Shown piece by piece: positions 1-9,146 of a DNA stretch of 64,000 nt. A program made the position numbers and the translations under genes. Each line of letters opens with the position of its first letter. Within the stretch, counting starts at the first letter, position 1. The notes under the pieces are model-generated. The model saw only the letters and a program-made list of their open reading frames with translations, made no database searches and was not told the DNA's origin. Origin of the DNA: Candidatus Onthoplasma sp. (GTDB lineage: Bacteria; Bacillota; Clostridia; Christensenellales; UBA1242). The stretch lies in the NCBI GenBank assembly GCA_965646995.1, contig CBFGBH010000001.1, forward strand, positions 16,372-80,371, in the 5' to 3' direction.

Positions 1-41
1 TACAAAAAACCATCAATATTTAAATCATCGTTTCGATAATA

Positions 42-260
42 TTAAAAAAGTTGTTTTTCTAGCCAATCCAAATCTTTTTTAGATTTTTTCAATAAATACA
101 AATATAGACCTATAGCTGTCACTTCGTCTGAATCTTCTAACATATTCTCCAGCGTATCGCAAATCATTAATGAAAAAATAAATTCTCCGACATTTTTATT
201 TTGACGGTCAAAAGGCTGTTTATCTCTATATGCAGTTTCATAGACTAACTTAAGATTCAT
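42..260 (-). CDS. hypothetical protein
   Basis: Track ORF 42..290. Its first 10 codons read through a TGtTATAAT box, so ATG at 260 (MNLKLVYETAY...) is the likelier start. No family recognised. Confidence 0.35.
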   Translation of the reverse strand: MNLKLVYETAYRDKQPFDRQNKNVGEFIFSLMICDTLENMLEDSDEVTAIGLYLYLLKKSKKDLDWLEKQLF

Positions 261-266
261 GTTGTT

Positions 267-275
267 ATTATAACA
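267..275 (-). promoter_or_regulatory. extended -10 box TGtTATAAT, 6 nt before ATG 260 (leaderless candidate)
   Basis: Minus-strand TGTTATAAT, then AACAAC, then ATG. Same geometry as several other genes in the window. Confidence 0.4.
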
Positions 276-372
276 CACACAAACTGACATTTCAATAGCA
301 TTAGGAAATTTATATATATCATTAGTTTAGTTTTATCAAGTATGAATTTTTATTTACTTTTTTAAACAAATA

Positions 373-381
373 TGCTATAAT
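373..381 (+). promoter_or_regulatory. extended -10 box TGcTATAAT, 6 nt before the rplI ATG (leaderless candidate)
   Basis: TGCTATAAT, then AAAAAT, then ATG at 388. No Shine-Dalgarno in between. Confidence 0.5.
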
Positions 382-387
382 AAAAAT

Positions 388-831
388 ATGAAAGTAATTT
401 TATTGAAAGAATTGAAAGGCAAAGGCAAGGTCGGAGATATCATAGAGGTCAATCCAAGTTATGCTAATAATGTCCTAATCAAACAAGGTATCGCAAAAGA
501 AGCGAACAAGACTAATCTCAACGACCACAAAGGTCAAGTGGAGGCTAAAGCATTTCATCATGGTGAAATGGTAAAAGAATATCAGGCACTCGCGAATAAA
601 ATCAAAAATAAAGTATATTCGTTCACTCTCAATGTCGGAGCGAACGGCAAAGCATTCGGCTCGATTACCAAACAAGAGATAATGTCTGCTCTAAATAATG
701 ATGGCGTGAAGATAGAGAAAAACCAAATAAAAGATTTCCCTAGCATTAAGACAGTCGGACAATATAAAATCACACTCCAATTGATCAAAGAAGTGTCTGT
801 AGATATAATCGCAAATGTTAATATCAAATAG
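388..831 (+). CDS. rplI: 50S ribosomal protein L9
   Basis: 147 aa. N-terminus MKVILLKELKGKGKVGDIIEV and overall length and composition are typical of bL9. Confidence 0.9.
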   Translation: MKVILLKELKGKGKVGDIIEVNPSYANNVLIKQGIAKEANKTNLNDHKGQVEAKAFHHGEMVKEYQALANKIKNKVYSFTLNVGANGKAFGSITKQEIMSALNNDGVKIEKNQIKDFPSIKTVGQYKITLQLIKEVSVDIIANVNIK

Positions 832-853
832 TCCACTATTTTAGTGGATTTTT
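832..853 (+). terminator. Rho-independent terminator after rplI
   Basis: Hairpin TCCACT/AGTGGA followed by TTTTT. Overlaps the stop codon of the convergent HTH gene. Confidence 0.6.
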
Positions 854-1103
854 AATTCTCTCTACCCAGCAAATAATCTGTCGTCACATTAAAGAATTCT
901 GCTACCATATAGACATAATCTGCTCGTGGTATTTTTGATTTTTTCAACCAGCTATTGATAGTAGTTCTAGGAATACCTATCATTTCTGCAAACTTTTTAA
1001 TATTCCAATTTTTATCTTTTATTAGATAGTCTAATCTATCAGCAAAATTACTTAAAATTTCTATTGAAGTTTTCATATTAATATTATGACACTTTAGTGT
1101 CAA
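852..1103 (-). CDS. XRE-family helix-turn-helix transcriptional regulator
   Basis: 83-aa ORF with HTH segment IKKFAEMIGIPRTTINSWLK. The track start is a TTG inside a TTGACA box, so ATG at 1076 (MKTSIEIL...) is the more likely start. Confidence 0.75.
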   Translation of the reverse strand: MTLKCHNINMKTSIEILSNFADRLDYLIKDKNWNIKKFAEMIGIPRTTINSWLKKSKIPRADYVYMVAEFFNVTTDYLLGREN

Positions 1104-1132
1104 TTTTGCTTGACAAGACCCTAAAGTGTCAT
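1087..1132. promoter_or_regulatory. candidate operator sites for the adjacent XRE regulator
   Basis: Perfect 16-bp palindrome TGACACTTTAGTGTCA (1087..1102). The 12-mer ATGACACTTTAG also occurs in inverted orientation at 1121..1132, inside the spacer of a plus-strand promoter. Confidence 0.45.
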
Positions 1133-1139
1133 TTATAAT
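1110..1139 (+). promoter_or_regulatory. sigma-A type promoter (TTGACA, 17-18 nt spacer, TATAAT)
   Basis: TTGACA at 1110..1115 and TATAAT at 1134..1139. The spacer contains an operator half-site. Confidence 0.4.
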
Positions 1140-1145
1140 ATATTT

Positions 1146-1292
1146 AACTTAATATTAGTAATATAATACAAAACATAACCCGGTTTGTATAATTCTCCTG
1201 TAAGTGTTTATCACTGCGCCCGCTAATATTAAGTTTCAGATACATATTTTGATTGTATTTGATAAAAGTCTGCTGAAAAAGCAGACTTTTTT
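1146..1292 (+). ncRNA. candidate small RNA of about 147 nt (promoter to terminator, no ORF)
   Basis: Starts just after the 1110..1139 promoter. A 13-bp inverted repeat AACTTAATATTAG/CTAATATTAAGTT (1146..1158 and 1223..1235) encloses a GC-richer loop. Ends at the terminator hairpin 1264..1292. No ATG-initiated ORF on the plus strand. Confidence 0.25.
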
Positions 1293-1311
1293 ATACTTTA
1301 CCTGTTCTCTT

Positions 1312-1340
1312 GTATAATTAAGGCTTAATATCTCATACTA
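1312..1340 (+). promoter_or_regulatory. forespore sigma-G/F-like promoter upstream of spoVT (alternative: sigma-A TATAAT at 1313..1318)
   Basis: GTATA, 17 nt, CATACTA matches the GHATR-N17-18-CATXHTA pattern. spoVT is sigma-G dependent in Bacillus. Confidence 0.3.
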
Positions 1341-1389
1341 AAATTAGGAGGAGCTCCCATTAGACAAATGTCACATAGGGACGAAAGAT

Positions 1390-1926
1390 ATGGAAAGTAA
1401 AGGTATTATTAGACGCGTAGATGAGTTGGGGAGAATTGTTTTGCCACGTGAGATGAGAAAAATGCTCAACGTTCGTGTGGGCAGTAAACTCGAGATAGGC
1501 ATTGTGGATGGGAGTAAATTTTTGCTAACAAAATATAGCGATATGCAGTCATTGAAAGAATATAGTGACGCAGTGGCAAGTGCTATATCAGTCAGTATCG
1601 AACATGATGTCTTAATTTCGGATATGGAGAGTATATTATCTTCTAATAAAAAGAAATACATCAATAAAAATCTAAGCGAAGAAGTGCAAGAACTCATATA
1701 CAAAAAAGAAATAATTATAAAAAAACTAGCTGATGGCAGTGAGATGTTAGATTTCTTCAACGAACAAAATAATGATTTCTGCTGTCAACTAATCGTTCCA
1801 ATAGTTAAAGACGGGGACGCAGTAGGCTCAATTATTATACTTGCCTGCGAGAATAAGTGTTTCGATGATAGTAGCATAAAAGTATGTAAAGCATTCAGTA
1901 AATACTTAAGTGACCAGTTACTATAA
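1390..1926 (+). CDS. spoVT: stage V sporulation protein T (AbrB-type DNA-binding domain plus GAF-like domain)
   Basis: 178 aa. GIIRRVDELGRIVLPREMRKMLNV is a SpoVT/AbrB swapped-hairpin N-terminus. Length and the C-terminal IVPIVKDGDAVGSIII segment are collinear with SpoVT. Confidence 0.85.
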   Translation: MESKGIIRRVDELGRIVLPREMRKMLNVRVGSKLEIGIVDGSKFLLTKYSDMQSLKEYSDAVASAISVSIEHDVLISDMESILSSNKKKYINKNLSEEVQELIYKKEIIIKKLADGSEMLDFFNEQNNDFCCQLIVPIVKDGDAVGSIIILACENKCFDDSSIKVCKAFSKYLSDQLL

Positions 1927-1979
1927 TTATTACTCAAAAATTTAAACTAAAAAAACTAGCCCTTAAGCTAGCTTTTTTA

Positions 1980-4733
1980 TTATCTTCTAGGGCCTTCACC
2001 CATTATCCATTGAACATTCGGATAAGCGATGATATCAATGAACGACCTATCCATAGGTCCAGTGATGAAGAACGCACGACCTCGTGGTGCAGTGACGATA
2101 CCCTCTTGCTCTCTAGCATTGATACCACCTGCTGATTTATAAAGTTCGAGTAAGTCTGCCATATCGTTAGGGGCCAACTGCAGAATCAAGCTATACTGAC
2201 AAGCATTAATGATAGCAGCCGATCTACGCTGAATCTCTGGAGTACCTAAGAAGTCCTTAATATTCTGCGTAATAACTATCTGCATACCTTGATATTTACG
2301 AATACGCTTAGCCATCTCAGCCATGAAGTTAAGCGCAACTGGCGAATCCGGATCGATAAACATATGTGCCTCGTCGACTGCAATTACGACCTGACGTTTA
2401 ATATCTTTGCCTGTACGCTGATAGTACTGCTCATTAAATCTTTTATTATTAATAATTTCATTATTTAGATACTTGAATACCAACAACATCTGAGCATTCG
2501 CTAGTTTATTATTCTTACTAGCAAATAATGTCTGGAAGTTGAATGTAATCAGGTTCTCGTCCGTCAAAATTGAAGTAGGACCATTCCAAAGGTCAGAATT
2601 TCGTCCACCTGTAGCAAACTTCTGAATATAAGTCTCTAGTATCAATAGATTGTTACGATAGAACGCATCTTTCACGCTCTTCAATTTAGACTGTATGAGA
2701 GCGAATAAATCGTCAAATATAGGATAATCTTCTGCCTTAAGTTTACCAATATTAGTCTTCTCGTTTATTCCTTTCTTATTATACAATTCTACAACTAGTG
2801 TATTTAATGTCTCGAACGCGTCTGAGCTGATACCTTCGAGAATCGCTCTGAAGAATTGCTCCAAGAATTGTAAGTGAGTGAAGAAGGTCTTATTGCTACC
2901 CTTATTAACCATTTCATCAATGCTGACGTTATCTACATTATCTACATCGTTAGCTGCATCTAGGTCTTCTAGCGAAGCCATTATATGAAATGGATTTAAT
3001 ATACCTGATTTATTCGTACCGACATCAATCACTTTTCCGCCTAGATTCTTAGTCATGACATCATATTCTTGCTCCGGGTCTAGTATAAACATCTTAGTTC
3101 TGTCGGCTGCTAAATTCGTAAGAATAGTCTTAGTTGCATATGATTTACCCGAACCAGACTTACCGATGACCATCATATTTGAGTTAATACGACCTTTCCT
3201 AGAGTCTCGCACGAAGAAGTCAATGAACACAGGATATCCACTTGCACTAGACGAGCCAATACAGAAACCGGCGTTATCCTGCATAATAGAATCTACCATA
3301 GGGAATGACGCTGCAATAGTGGTAGACGGCATGCTACGATAGAATGGTTTAAGAGTATCAATACGGTTAACACTAGATGATACAAATGCGTCTACTTGAC
3401 GACCGAATAGTTCGCTGTATTTGAAACCATTTTGCTTTAATACATTACGAACTTCTTTACGCTTATCTTCTTCTACACGGAGATGAATAGATACATCGTA
3501 TAGCTGTTCGTTATTCGTCTTTAAGTCACGCAGTAAAGTATGCAATGAATCTATGTCAGCTTCTTTCTCGATTATCTCGGATGAACGGAAAGTTTTATCC
3601 AGTTTAGACTCTTTCTCCATAACGGCTTTGTCTATCGCTTTCTCGCCCTTTTCTTTGTCCACAGGCCAGATATTCATGATGACACGAGTACCTTCTTGAT
3701 TGAATATAGGATATGCCCAGCCATTTCCCACTTCGAGTGGATAATTAGAGATAACCATTTGCTTATAAGGTTTTTTATCTATCTCTACACGAGCGACCTT
3801 GAAGTCCACTTTGTCTGGCATTATCCAGTTCGTATACTGACTAGGAGCGAGTCCCTCTATCTCACGCTCTGAATACACTGCTTGATAGTTTGATTTCAGA
3901 AAACTGATTAACTCATCTTCCACTAGTATCTGCGAGCTGATAGTGTACTGACCAGTGGCTAGGTCATTCACTATACCGATAGCTGTCTCTTCTAAGTTCG
4001 TCCTATCTTCGCCATACAATACCATATAATAGTGGTCTTGTAATATTGGCTCTGCCTTAATAGCATTATTTAGTCTATCTACACGCTCACGGAATATGAT
4101 AGACCTAGACTCCATCTCGCCGTCATTGTACTGTCCCTGCTCGTAGAGTTCGTTTAAAAGTTCAAATTTTTTATCGTCATTCTTTAGGAATTTATCAAAT
4201 CTCATCGGCTTGACATTCTTGATAATACTAGCACGCTGATATTGTGATATACGCTTCAATGCTTTACTAAAAGTTAATATGACCGAGTCCTGTGCAGGCT
4301 CTTGCATTAGGTCTAGAGCCAGCGGATTCATCTCGATGACCATTCCAGCATAATTGCCGAAATTTATGAATTTACCCACTTCTATTCCTAAGAATGGAGT
4401 GATATTCTCGATTGATTTTGCCTTCCTTGGCTTAGTACCAGATGGTACTTTGATATATTTCTTACTAAACGCTGCGAATCGAATAATCAGTCCTAGCGAA
4501 CTATATAATCGTAACCCTTCATCAATCGGTATATATAATGATACCGCGATAGCAAGCCAGCCAATGAGAGCATACCAGCGATAGTCCACTCCACCGAATA
4601 AGAATAACCTATCAGACGCTGCGATAATTACCGCAAATATACCACAAAGAATGGCGAGTATAATATCGCCAAGTGTAATATTTTTAAGAAACTCGGTCTT
4701 GACTCTCGTCTTACCCGGAATATACCTAATCAT
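1980..4733 (-). CDS. virB4: type IV secretion ATPase, VirB4/TraE family, with VirB3-like two-TM N-terminus
   Basis: 917 aa. Two N-terminal TM helices, Walker A GKSGSGKS, Walker B VVIAVDEAH. Neighbours are VirB6-like and VirD4 genes. Confidence 0.85.
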   Translation of the reverse strand: MIRYIPGKTRVKTEFLKNITLGDIILAILCGIFAVIIAASDRLFLFGGVDYRWYALIGWLAIAVSLYIPIDEGLRLYSSLGLIIRFAAFSKKYIKVPSGTKPRKAKSIENITPFLGIEVGKFINFGNYAGMVIEMNPLALDLMQEPAQDSVILTFSKALKRISQYQRASIIKNVKPMRFDKFLKNDDKKFELLNELYEQGQYNDGEMESRSIIFRERVDRLNNAIKAEPILQDHYYMVLYGEDRTNLEETAIGIVNDLATGQYTISSQILVEDELISFLKSNYQAVYSEREIEGLAPSQYTNWIMPDKVDFKVARVEIDKKPYKQMVISNYPLEVGNGWAYPIFNQEGTRVIMNIWPVDKEKGEKAIDKAVMEKESKLDKTFRSSEIIEKEADIDSLHTLLRDLKTNNEQLYDVSIHLRVEEDKRKEVRNVLKQNGFKYSELFGRQVDAFVSSSVNRIDTLKPFYRSMPSTTIAASFPMVDSIMQDNAGFCIGSSSASGYPVFIDFFVRDSRKGRINSNMMVIGKSGSGKSYATKTILTNLAADRTKMFILDPEQEYDVMTKNLGGKVIDVGTNKSGILNPFHIMASLEDLDAANDVDNVDNVSIDEMVNKGSNKTFFTHLQFLEQFFRAILEGISSDAFETLNTLVVELYNKKGINEKTNIGKLKAEDYPIFDDLFALIQSKLKSVKDAFYRNNLLILETYIQKFATGGRNSDLWNGPTSILTDENLITFNFQTLFASKNNKLANAQMLLVFKYLNNEIINNKRFNEQYYQRTGKDIKRQVVIAVDEAHMFIDPDSPVALNFMAEMAKRIRKYQGMQIVITQNIKDFLGTPEIQRRSAAIINACQYSLILQLAPNDMADLLELYKSAGGINAREQEGIVTAPRGRAFFITGPMDRSFIDIIAYPNVQWIMGEGPRR

Positions 4734-4752
4734 TTTACCCCTTTATCTTTGT

Positions 4753-7062
4753 TTATTTTTTATCTGATTTTTTAGCTAATTTTTCATATGTTGCGCTATT
4801 AGTTGCAAGCTCTGTTTGAATTGCTTTTGCAGACTGCTGTTCAGCATCTTTCAGAGCTTCAAGTCTATTTGTAATCTGAGTTATAGATGCTGACAACTCA
4901 CTCGCTGTTAATGTGCTAGCATTAACAGCGGTTCCTGAACTGTTTTCTGATGCTGCTTTTATTATTCCTGCAACTAGTGGAATCATTGTGCCAGAAACAC
5001 CACTTCCTGAATGACCTGTTTTTTGATCTACACCCTGCTCTACAGCCGTCTTGGAAATTTTTTGCAATCCTTTTTGAGCCTCATCTAAAGATTTAGATAA
5101 TGAACGATATTGTTTAATTGATTCATTTATAACCTTCATCTCTTCACGCTTATCTTTGTCCGTCTCTGCTTGTATCTCTGCATTGGTATATAGGTTTCCA
5201 CTATTAAATGCTGTCCCGCTTACATTCTCTGCTCCATTCTCTTCTCTCCATTGATTCAATGCTTCAATAGCTTCTTCAAAAGTTTTCGCAGCTTCTTTTA
5301 CACCTTTGGTAAGCTCTCTATTTGATTCTAAAAATGTTGGATCTACACCTGCTGCCTTTGCAGCCTTTTCATATACACCTCTTTCTTTTGTTTCGGCAAT
5401 GATTTTATCAGTATCTGCACCCCATTTTGAATTAAATTTATAACCGGCAGTACCACCGCCACCTTCTCTCGCTAATGCTTCTTTTAAATCTCTAAATAAT
5501 TGTGCTGTTTCATTATCAAATTTGAATTCTTTTGTTTTTGCATCTGCTGCATCTTTGAAAGTGCCAACTATATTCTTACCCTTTTCGCCTGTGAATAGGT
5601 CTCCCATACCTATTGAATCCAGACTTTTATGTGCTAGACCTTTGCCTAAATCTCCGAAGAATGATGCAGCTCCTGCTCTTCCCTTATGATGATTAGGATT
5701 GTTAGCTTTGTCTTTTTTATTGGCCGCATATGCTCTACCAAATGCTCCCACAGCAGTACCTGTAAAACCAGCCACTTTTTTACCAGTCTCTTTAATCTTA
5801 TTCTTAACACTACCGGCTAGAGATTTTCCTTCTTCCATTGCATTGCCTGCTCCAATGTAGCCACTGAACATTGAGATAAGGTCTTTCACTACAAATAGTC
5901 CACATATCATGAGTAGTAGCGGAATCAGTCCGTGTAAGAATCCACTGAATAGCAACATTGTTGATATATTACCAGTCAGCTGGATATTCTGAATAATCGG
6001 TAGTAGTGCGAAGAACAAGTTCATACCAACCACTGCACCATAGGCACTAAGTAAGTTTTTAATGAAATCGCCTTTCCATTTACCCAAAGCCGAACCATCG
6101 TCTAATGGATACATAGCACACATACCTGGGCTTATGACGAATAGGAATAATAGCATAAATAGTCGCTTCACCATACCGAATGATATGTATACCAAAGAGT
6201 AAATTATAAATACACCTGCCACTATCAATGTCAAGTAATTTATCTCAAATAAATGGTAACAACCTTCTACTGTAATTGAATTCCATATCAATGCGAATTG
6301 TTGTCCATACACAGAATCAATTATGTCAGCATAATAATATTGGTCTTGACCTTCTATGGCTTTTGGTGCATTATCTCCCTTCCAATTAGCTTTAATAAAA
6401 GCATTTAGATTTGTTACAGATTTTGTATGTTCTTCTGTACCATGATAGTCGGGAGTAAAATATTCTTTTCTAATTTGGAATCCACCCCAACCTCCCTTTT
6501 CATCAAATGGCAGTGTAATAACCGCACTAGTAGAAGATTGTGTTCTGACCATATTTGCATTATAAGCCGCAGCCACAAATAGATTACCCGATAGACCACC
6601 ATTACCAGATGCGGAGGTAGCACCATTAATAGCAACTAATAGAATATTACTGAGCCATACGCCTAAGAAACAGCATACTGGTACGAATATGAAATTTGCT
6701 AAACCTTTTAGAGCACTGACGATAATGTCCTGCCATTTCTTCTGCTTGGAAGAATACGCATTCTTAATGAATGCCATTACTGTAAATACTATGATTAAGA
6801 ATATAGCGAGAGTGAGAATTGAGAAGAATATATTCCTTATCAATGGAGAAGTGATGAGATAATATACAATACCAGTATCATTCTCCGCTCCTGTATTACC
6901 AGAACCTATATCAACACCAGAGCCAGCCCAGCGTCCATATCTGACATCCTCTATACCAGCAAAAGCTCCATATATATATTGTAAGACATCTATTAAAATA
7001 AAAATGATACTAAACATTGGGTACAAGAAGCTACCAATCAATCCTGTAATCATATCAATCAT
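4753..7062 (-). CDS. polytopic membrane protein, VirB6/TrbL-like candidate with a long Gly/Ala/Lys-rich C-terminal tail
   Basis: 769 aa with at least 7 predicted TM helices in the first 440 residues, then a coiled, low-complexity tail of about 330 aa. Lies 20 nt upstream of virB4 in the same operon direction. Confidence 0.45.
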   Translation of the reverse strand: MIDMITGLIGSFLYPMFSIIFILIDVLQYIYGAFAGIEDVRYGRWAGSGVDIGSGNTGAENDTGIVYYLITSPLIRNIFFSILTLAIFLIIVFTVMAFIKNAYSSKQKKWQDIIVSALKGLANFIFVPVCCFLGVWLSNILLVAINGATSASGNGGLSGNLFVAAAYNANMVRTQSSTSAVITLPFDEKGGWGGFQIRKEYFTPDYHGTEEHTKSVTNLNAFIKANWKGDNAPKAIEGQDQYYYADIIDSVYGQQFALIWNSITVEGCYHLFEINYLTLIVAGVFIIYSLVYISFGMVKRLFMLLFLFVISPGMCAMYPLDDGSALGKWKGDFIKNLLSAYGAVVGMNLFFALLPIIQNIQLTGNISTMLLFSGFLHGLIPLLLMICGLFVVKDLISMFSGYIGAGNAMEEGKSLAGSVKNKIKETGKKVAGFTGTAVGAFGRAYAANKKDKANNPNHHKGRAGAASFFGDLGKGLAHKSLDSIGMGDLFTGEKGKNIVGTFKDAADAKTKEFKFDNETAQLFRDLKEALAREGGGGTAGYKFNSKWGADTDKIIAETKERGVYEKAAKAAGVDPTFLESNRELTKGVKEAAKTFEEAIEALNQWREENGAENVSGTAFNSGNLYTNAEIQAETDKDKREEMKVINESIKQYRSLSKSLDEAQKGLQKISKTAVEQGVDQKTGHSGSGVSGTMIPLVAGIIKAASENSSGTAVNASTLTASELSASITQITNRLEALKDAEQQSAKAIQTELATNSATYEKLAKKSDKK

Positions 7063-7191
7063 AAATCATTCTCCCCTTTCGTATACTTGTCCTAAGACAA
7101 AAACAGAATATCTCTTAAATGTATTATATACCATTAATCGAAATTAATCAAATATTATAGACAAAAAAATTATTTATATGTCAGATTTTTT

Positions 7192-7217
7192 AATAAAAAA
7201 GAGAGCTATTGCTCTCT
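7192..7217 (-). terminator. Rho-independent terminator after the 7217..8707 gene
   Basis: Hairpin AGAGAGC/GCTCTCT followed by a T7 run on the minus strand. Confidence 0.5.
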
Positions 7218-8707
7218 TATTTCGTAATCGTTTCGAACTCGGCAAAACCGAAAGCTTCGCTATTCTCAAAATGAATTACCACACCATTCATTTTAGCTGT
7301 CAATAGTTCAGCTCCGTCATTTGTAGTACTGCTTTCTAGATAGGTAGTATAGCTAGATTCATTCTCACGCACGATATTGAATAGAGACTTGCCTTGTGAT
7401 AAAAATTCAAGATTATTCGTGTCGATATCTATGAATGCACTTGCACTAATATTTAGATTTTTACCAGTTAGATAAGTGTATGCCTTCTTCTCTTCGTCAA
7501 CTGTCTCTTTTGTACCAAAATCAATACTATTATCGCCCTGTGTTGCATATATCTTAAACTCTTCGCCCACACCAGCTACTGCAAAAGACAAATGCGTGAA
7601 AGTGACATTTGATCTAGGCATAAAAATCATTGCCACATAGTCTTGATTGCTAATATTAGCCATTTTGCCATCATCCCCACTGAAAATGTAGTCTTTGATA
7701 TACAATTTCTCCGTACGCACGACTGGAAGACCTGCAAAATAACTATTAATAGAATTAGTAATATCCATTTCTACAGTTGTAGGGTCAATGGTGGTCTCGT
7801 CTGTTTTAGGGGTGGCGGTATATATATCATTGTCCACAATGTATTGTGACAATAGATTAGAAAATTCTGTATTAAGGCCAGCATTTAAACCAAAATATTT
7901 GATAGCATCTAACTGCTCGACCAGTCCGGTCTCCGTCCCGTCTGGATTATCTAATTTATATACCTTATCGACTATACCATCATTAGTGCCATCGCCAGCT
8001 AAGATATAATACAATTCAACAAATTCGCTAGCAAAAGTGGTCTCATCAAATTCTTTATAATCATAGTCTTCCGGAATATTAATGTTGATAGTAAGGGTAT
8101 AATCAGCACCATTTGGCACACCCGCTATTGACTCATCAATATAATCAACTAGTCCGGACAATATATCTACTCTAGCCTGATCTATATCTCGATATATGAC
8201 TCGATTGCCATAGAAGTCCTTCCCACTCGCACCAAATTGCGAACTCATGCCATCGCCACTACCACCAAACAACGCACCAAATATAGACATGATAGCCACT
8301 GCCACAAATATAATAGCGACTATTATCAGTGCGCCTATCAATATATAAGGCAATGCTGGAGCAATAGCAGACATCACTTTCGCCCAAAAGGCTGATATTT
8401 GTTGTGCGATTTTGGCAAGAAGTGTAGTAGCCTTGGTCTGAAATTTAGGGTTTTTGATAGCTGACTTGATAGTATTATAATCGCTAGGCGTATATAACGG
8501 AACGAATATCTTGGTCTTCGCCTCTATCTTCTTTAAGTTAGCATTGATCCTATGTTCTTTGGCTTTTTTCTCCGCTTCCATCTGTTGACGGAGTTGTTCT
8601 TCCAATTCTTCTTGCTCTTCTTCTTCAGATTCTTCATCTACAGATTCGTCATCTATCTCTGGAATCCCTTGCTCTTCGTCATAATCTCCACCAAAAGCAC
8701 CTGGCAT
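7217..8707 (-). CDS. T4SS-cluster bitopic membrane protein of unknown function
   Basis: 496 aa. Acidic Glu-rich coiled N-terminus, one TM helix (ALPYILIGALIIVAIIFVAVAIM), extracytoplasmic domain of about 330 aa, strong RBS AAAGGAGGTG. No family recognised. Confidence 0.55.
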   Translation of the reverse strand: MPGAFGGDYDEEQGIPEIDDESVDEESEEEEQEELEEQLRQQMEAEKKAKEHRINANLKKIEAKTKIFVPLYTPSDYNTIKSAIKNPKFQTKATTLLAKIAQQISAFWAKVMSAIAPALPYILIGALIIVAIIFVAVAIMSIFGALFGGSGDGMSSQFGASGKDFYGNRVIYRDIDQARVDILSGLVDYIDESIAGVPNGADYTLTININIPEDYDYKEFDETTFASEFVELYYILAGDGTNDGIVDKVYKLDNPDGTETGLVEQLDAIKYFGLNAGLNTEFSNLLSQYIVDNDIYTATPKTDETTIDPTTVEMDITNSINSYFAGLPVVRTEKLYIKDYIFSGDDGKMANISNQDYVAMIFMPRSNVTFTHLSFAVAGVGEEFKIYATQGDNSIDFGTKETVDEEKKAYTYLTGKNLNISASAFIDIDTNNLEFLSQGKSLFNIVRENESSYTTYLESSTTNDGAELLTAKMNGVVIHFENSEAFGFAEFETITK

Positions 8708-9073
8708 ACTCTCACCTCCTTTTTATATTCTTCTTTCATTTTTATATTTTGTTCTCAATTGTTTTCACACTCAGTTTTATTTATTTCATTTTCACGCGGG
8801 TGCGAGAGTATTGTTGCAACTGCCTTGACCATCTAAGGAACAAAACTACACATGCTACAATCGATACCTTCCACTCTTACTTTTCATTTTTAATATTTTT
8901 TTCTTTCAGTCATTTTGAGTTCGCCGAAGAATCACACTATTATGCTTGTCAATTTTAGTATAACAAATTAGACATAAAAATACAAATGAAACTAAAAAGT
9001 ATTTTTATTATTTCATTAATTTCACATATAAAACAATCTTTAAGCTTTTATCCATAAATTTCTATTGTTCTAT

Positions 9074-9098
9074 CAAAAGAAAAAAGAGCATAATGCTC
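9074..9098 (-). terminator. terminator after the pilin-lipoprotein operon
   Basis: Short hairpin GAGCA/TGCTC followed by TTTTTTCTTTT on the minus strand. Confidence 0.4.
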
Positions 9099-9146
9099 GT
9101 GTATCCTATTTTAATCCACTAAAATTTTTGCTCTTAATTATTTTTA

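Noticed and set aside
475-836. Antisense or alternative-frame track ORFs within real genes. Examples: 475..675, 582..836, 1371..1760, 3055..3342, 4354..4584, 6414..6635, 7643..8009, 10253..10513, 14895..15788, 33797..34249, 36274..36594, 51206..51833, 57164..59656
   Set aside because: All lie inside or opposite long ORFs with clear homology or motifs. They lack ribosome-binding sites and have the Leu/Ser/Phe/Ile-rich composition typical of shadow frames in AT-rich DNA.
1146-1235. 13-bp AT-rich inverted repeat as MITE terminal repeats
   Set aside because: A rough estimate suggests one such AT-rich 13-bp inverted repeat within 100 nt is expected by chance in 64 kb. No target-site duplication was seen. 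It is kept only as part of the candidate sRNA structure.
8552-8958. Two plus-strand ORFs (94 and 69 aa) upstream of the 7217..8707 gene
   Set aside because: They are Phe/Leu-rich low-complexity translations. The first is antisense to the Glu-rich 5' end of the real gene. Neither has an RBS.
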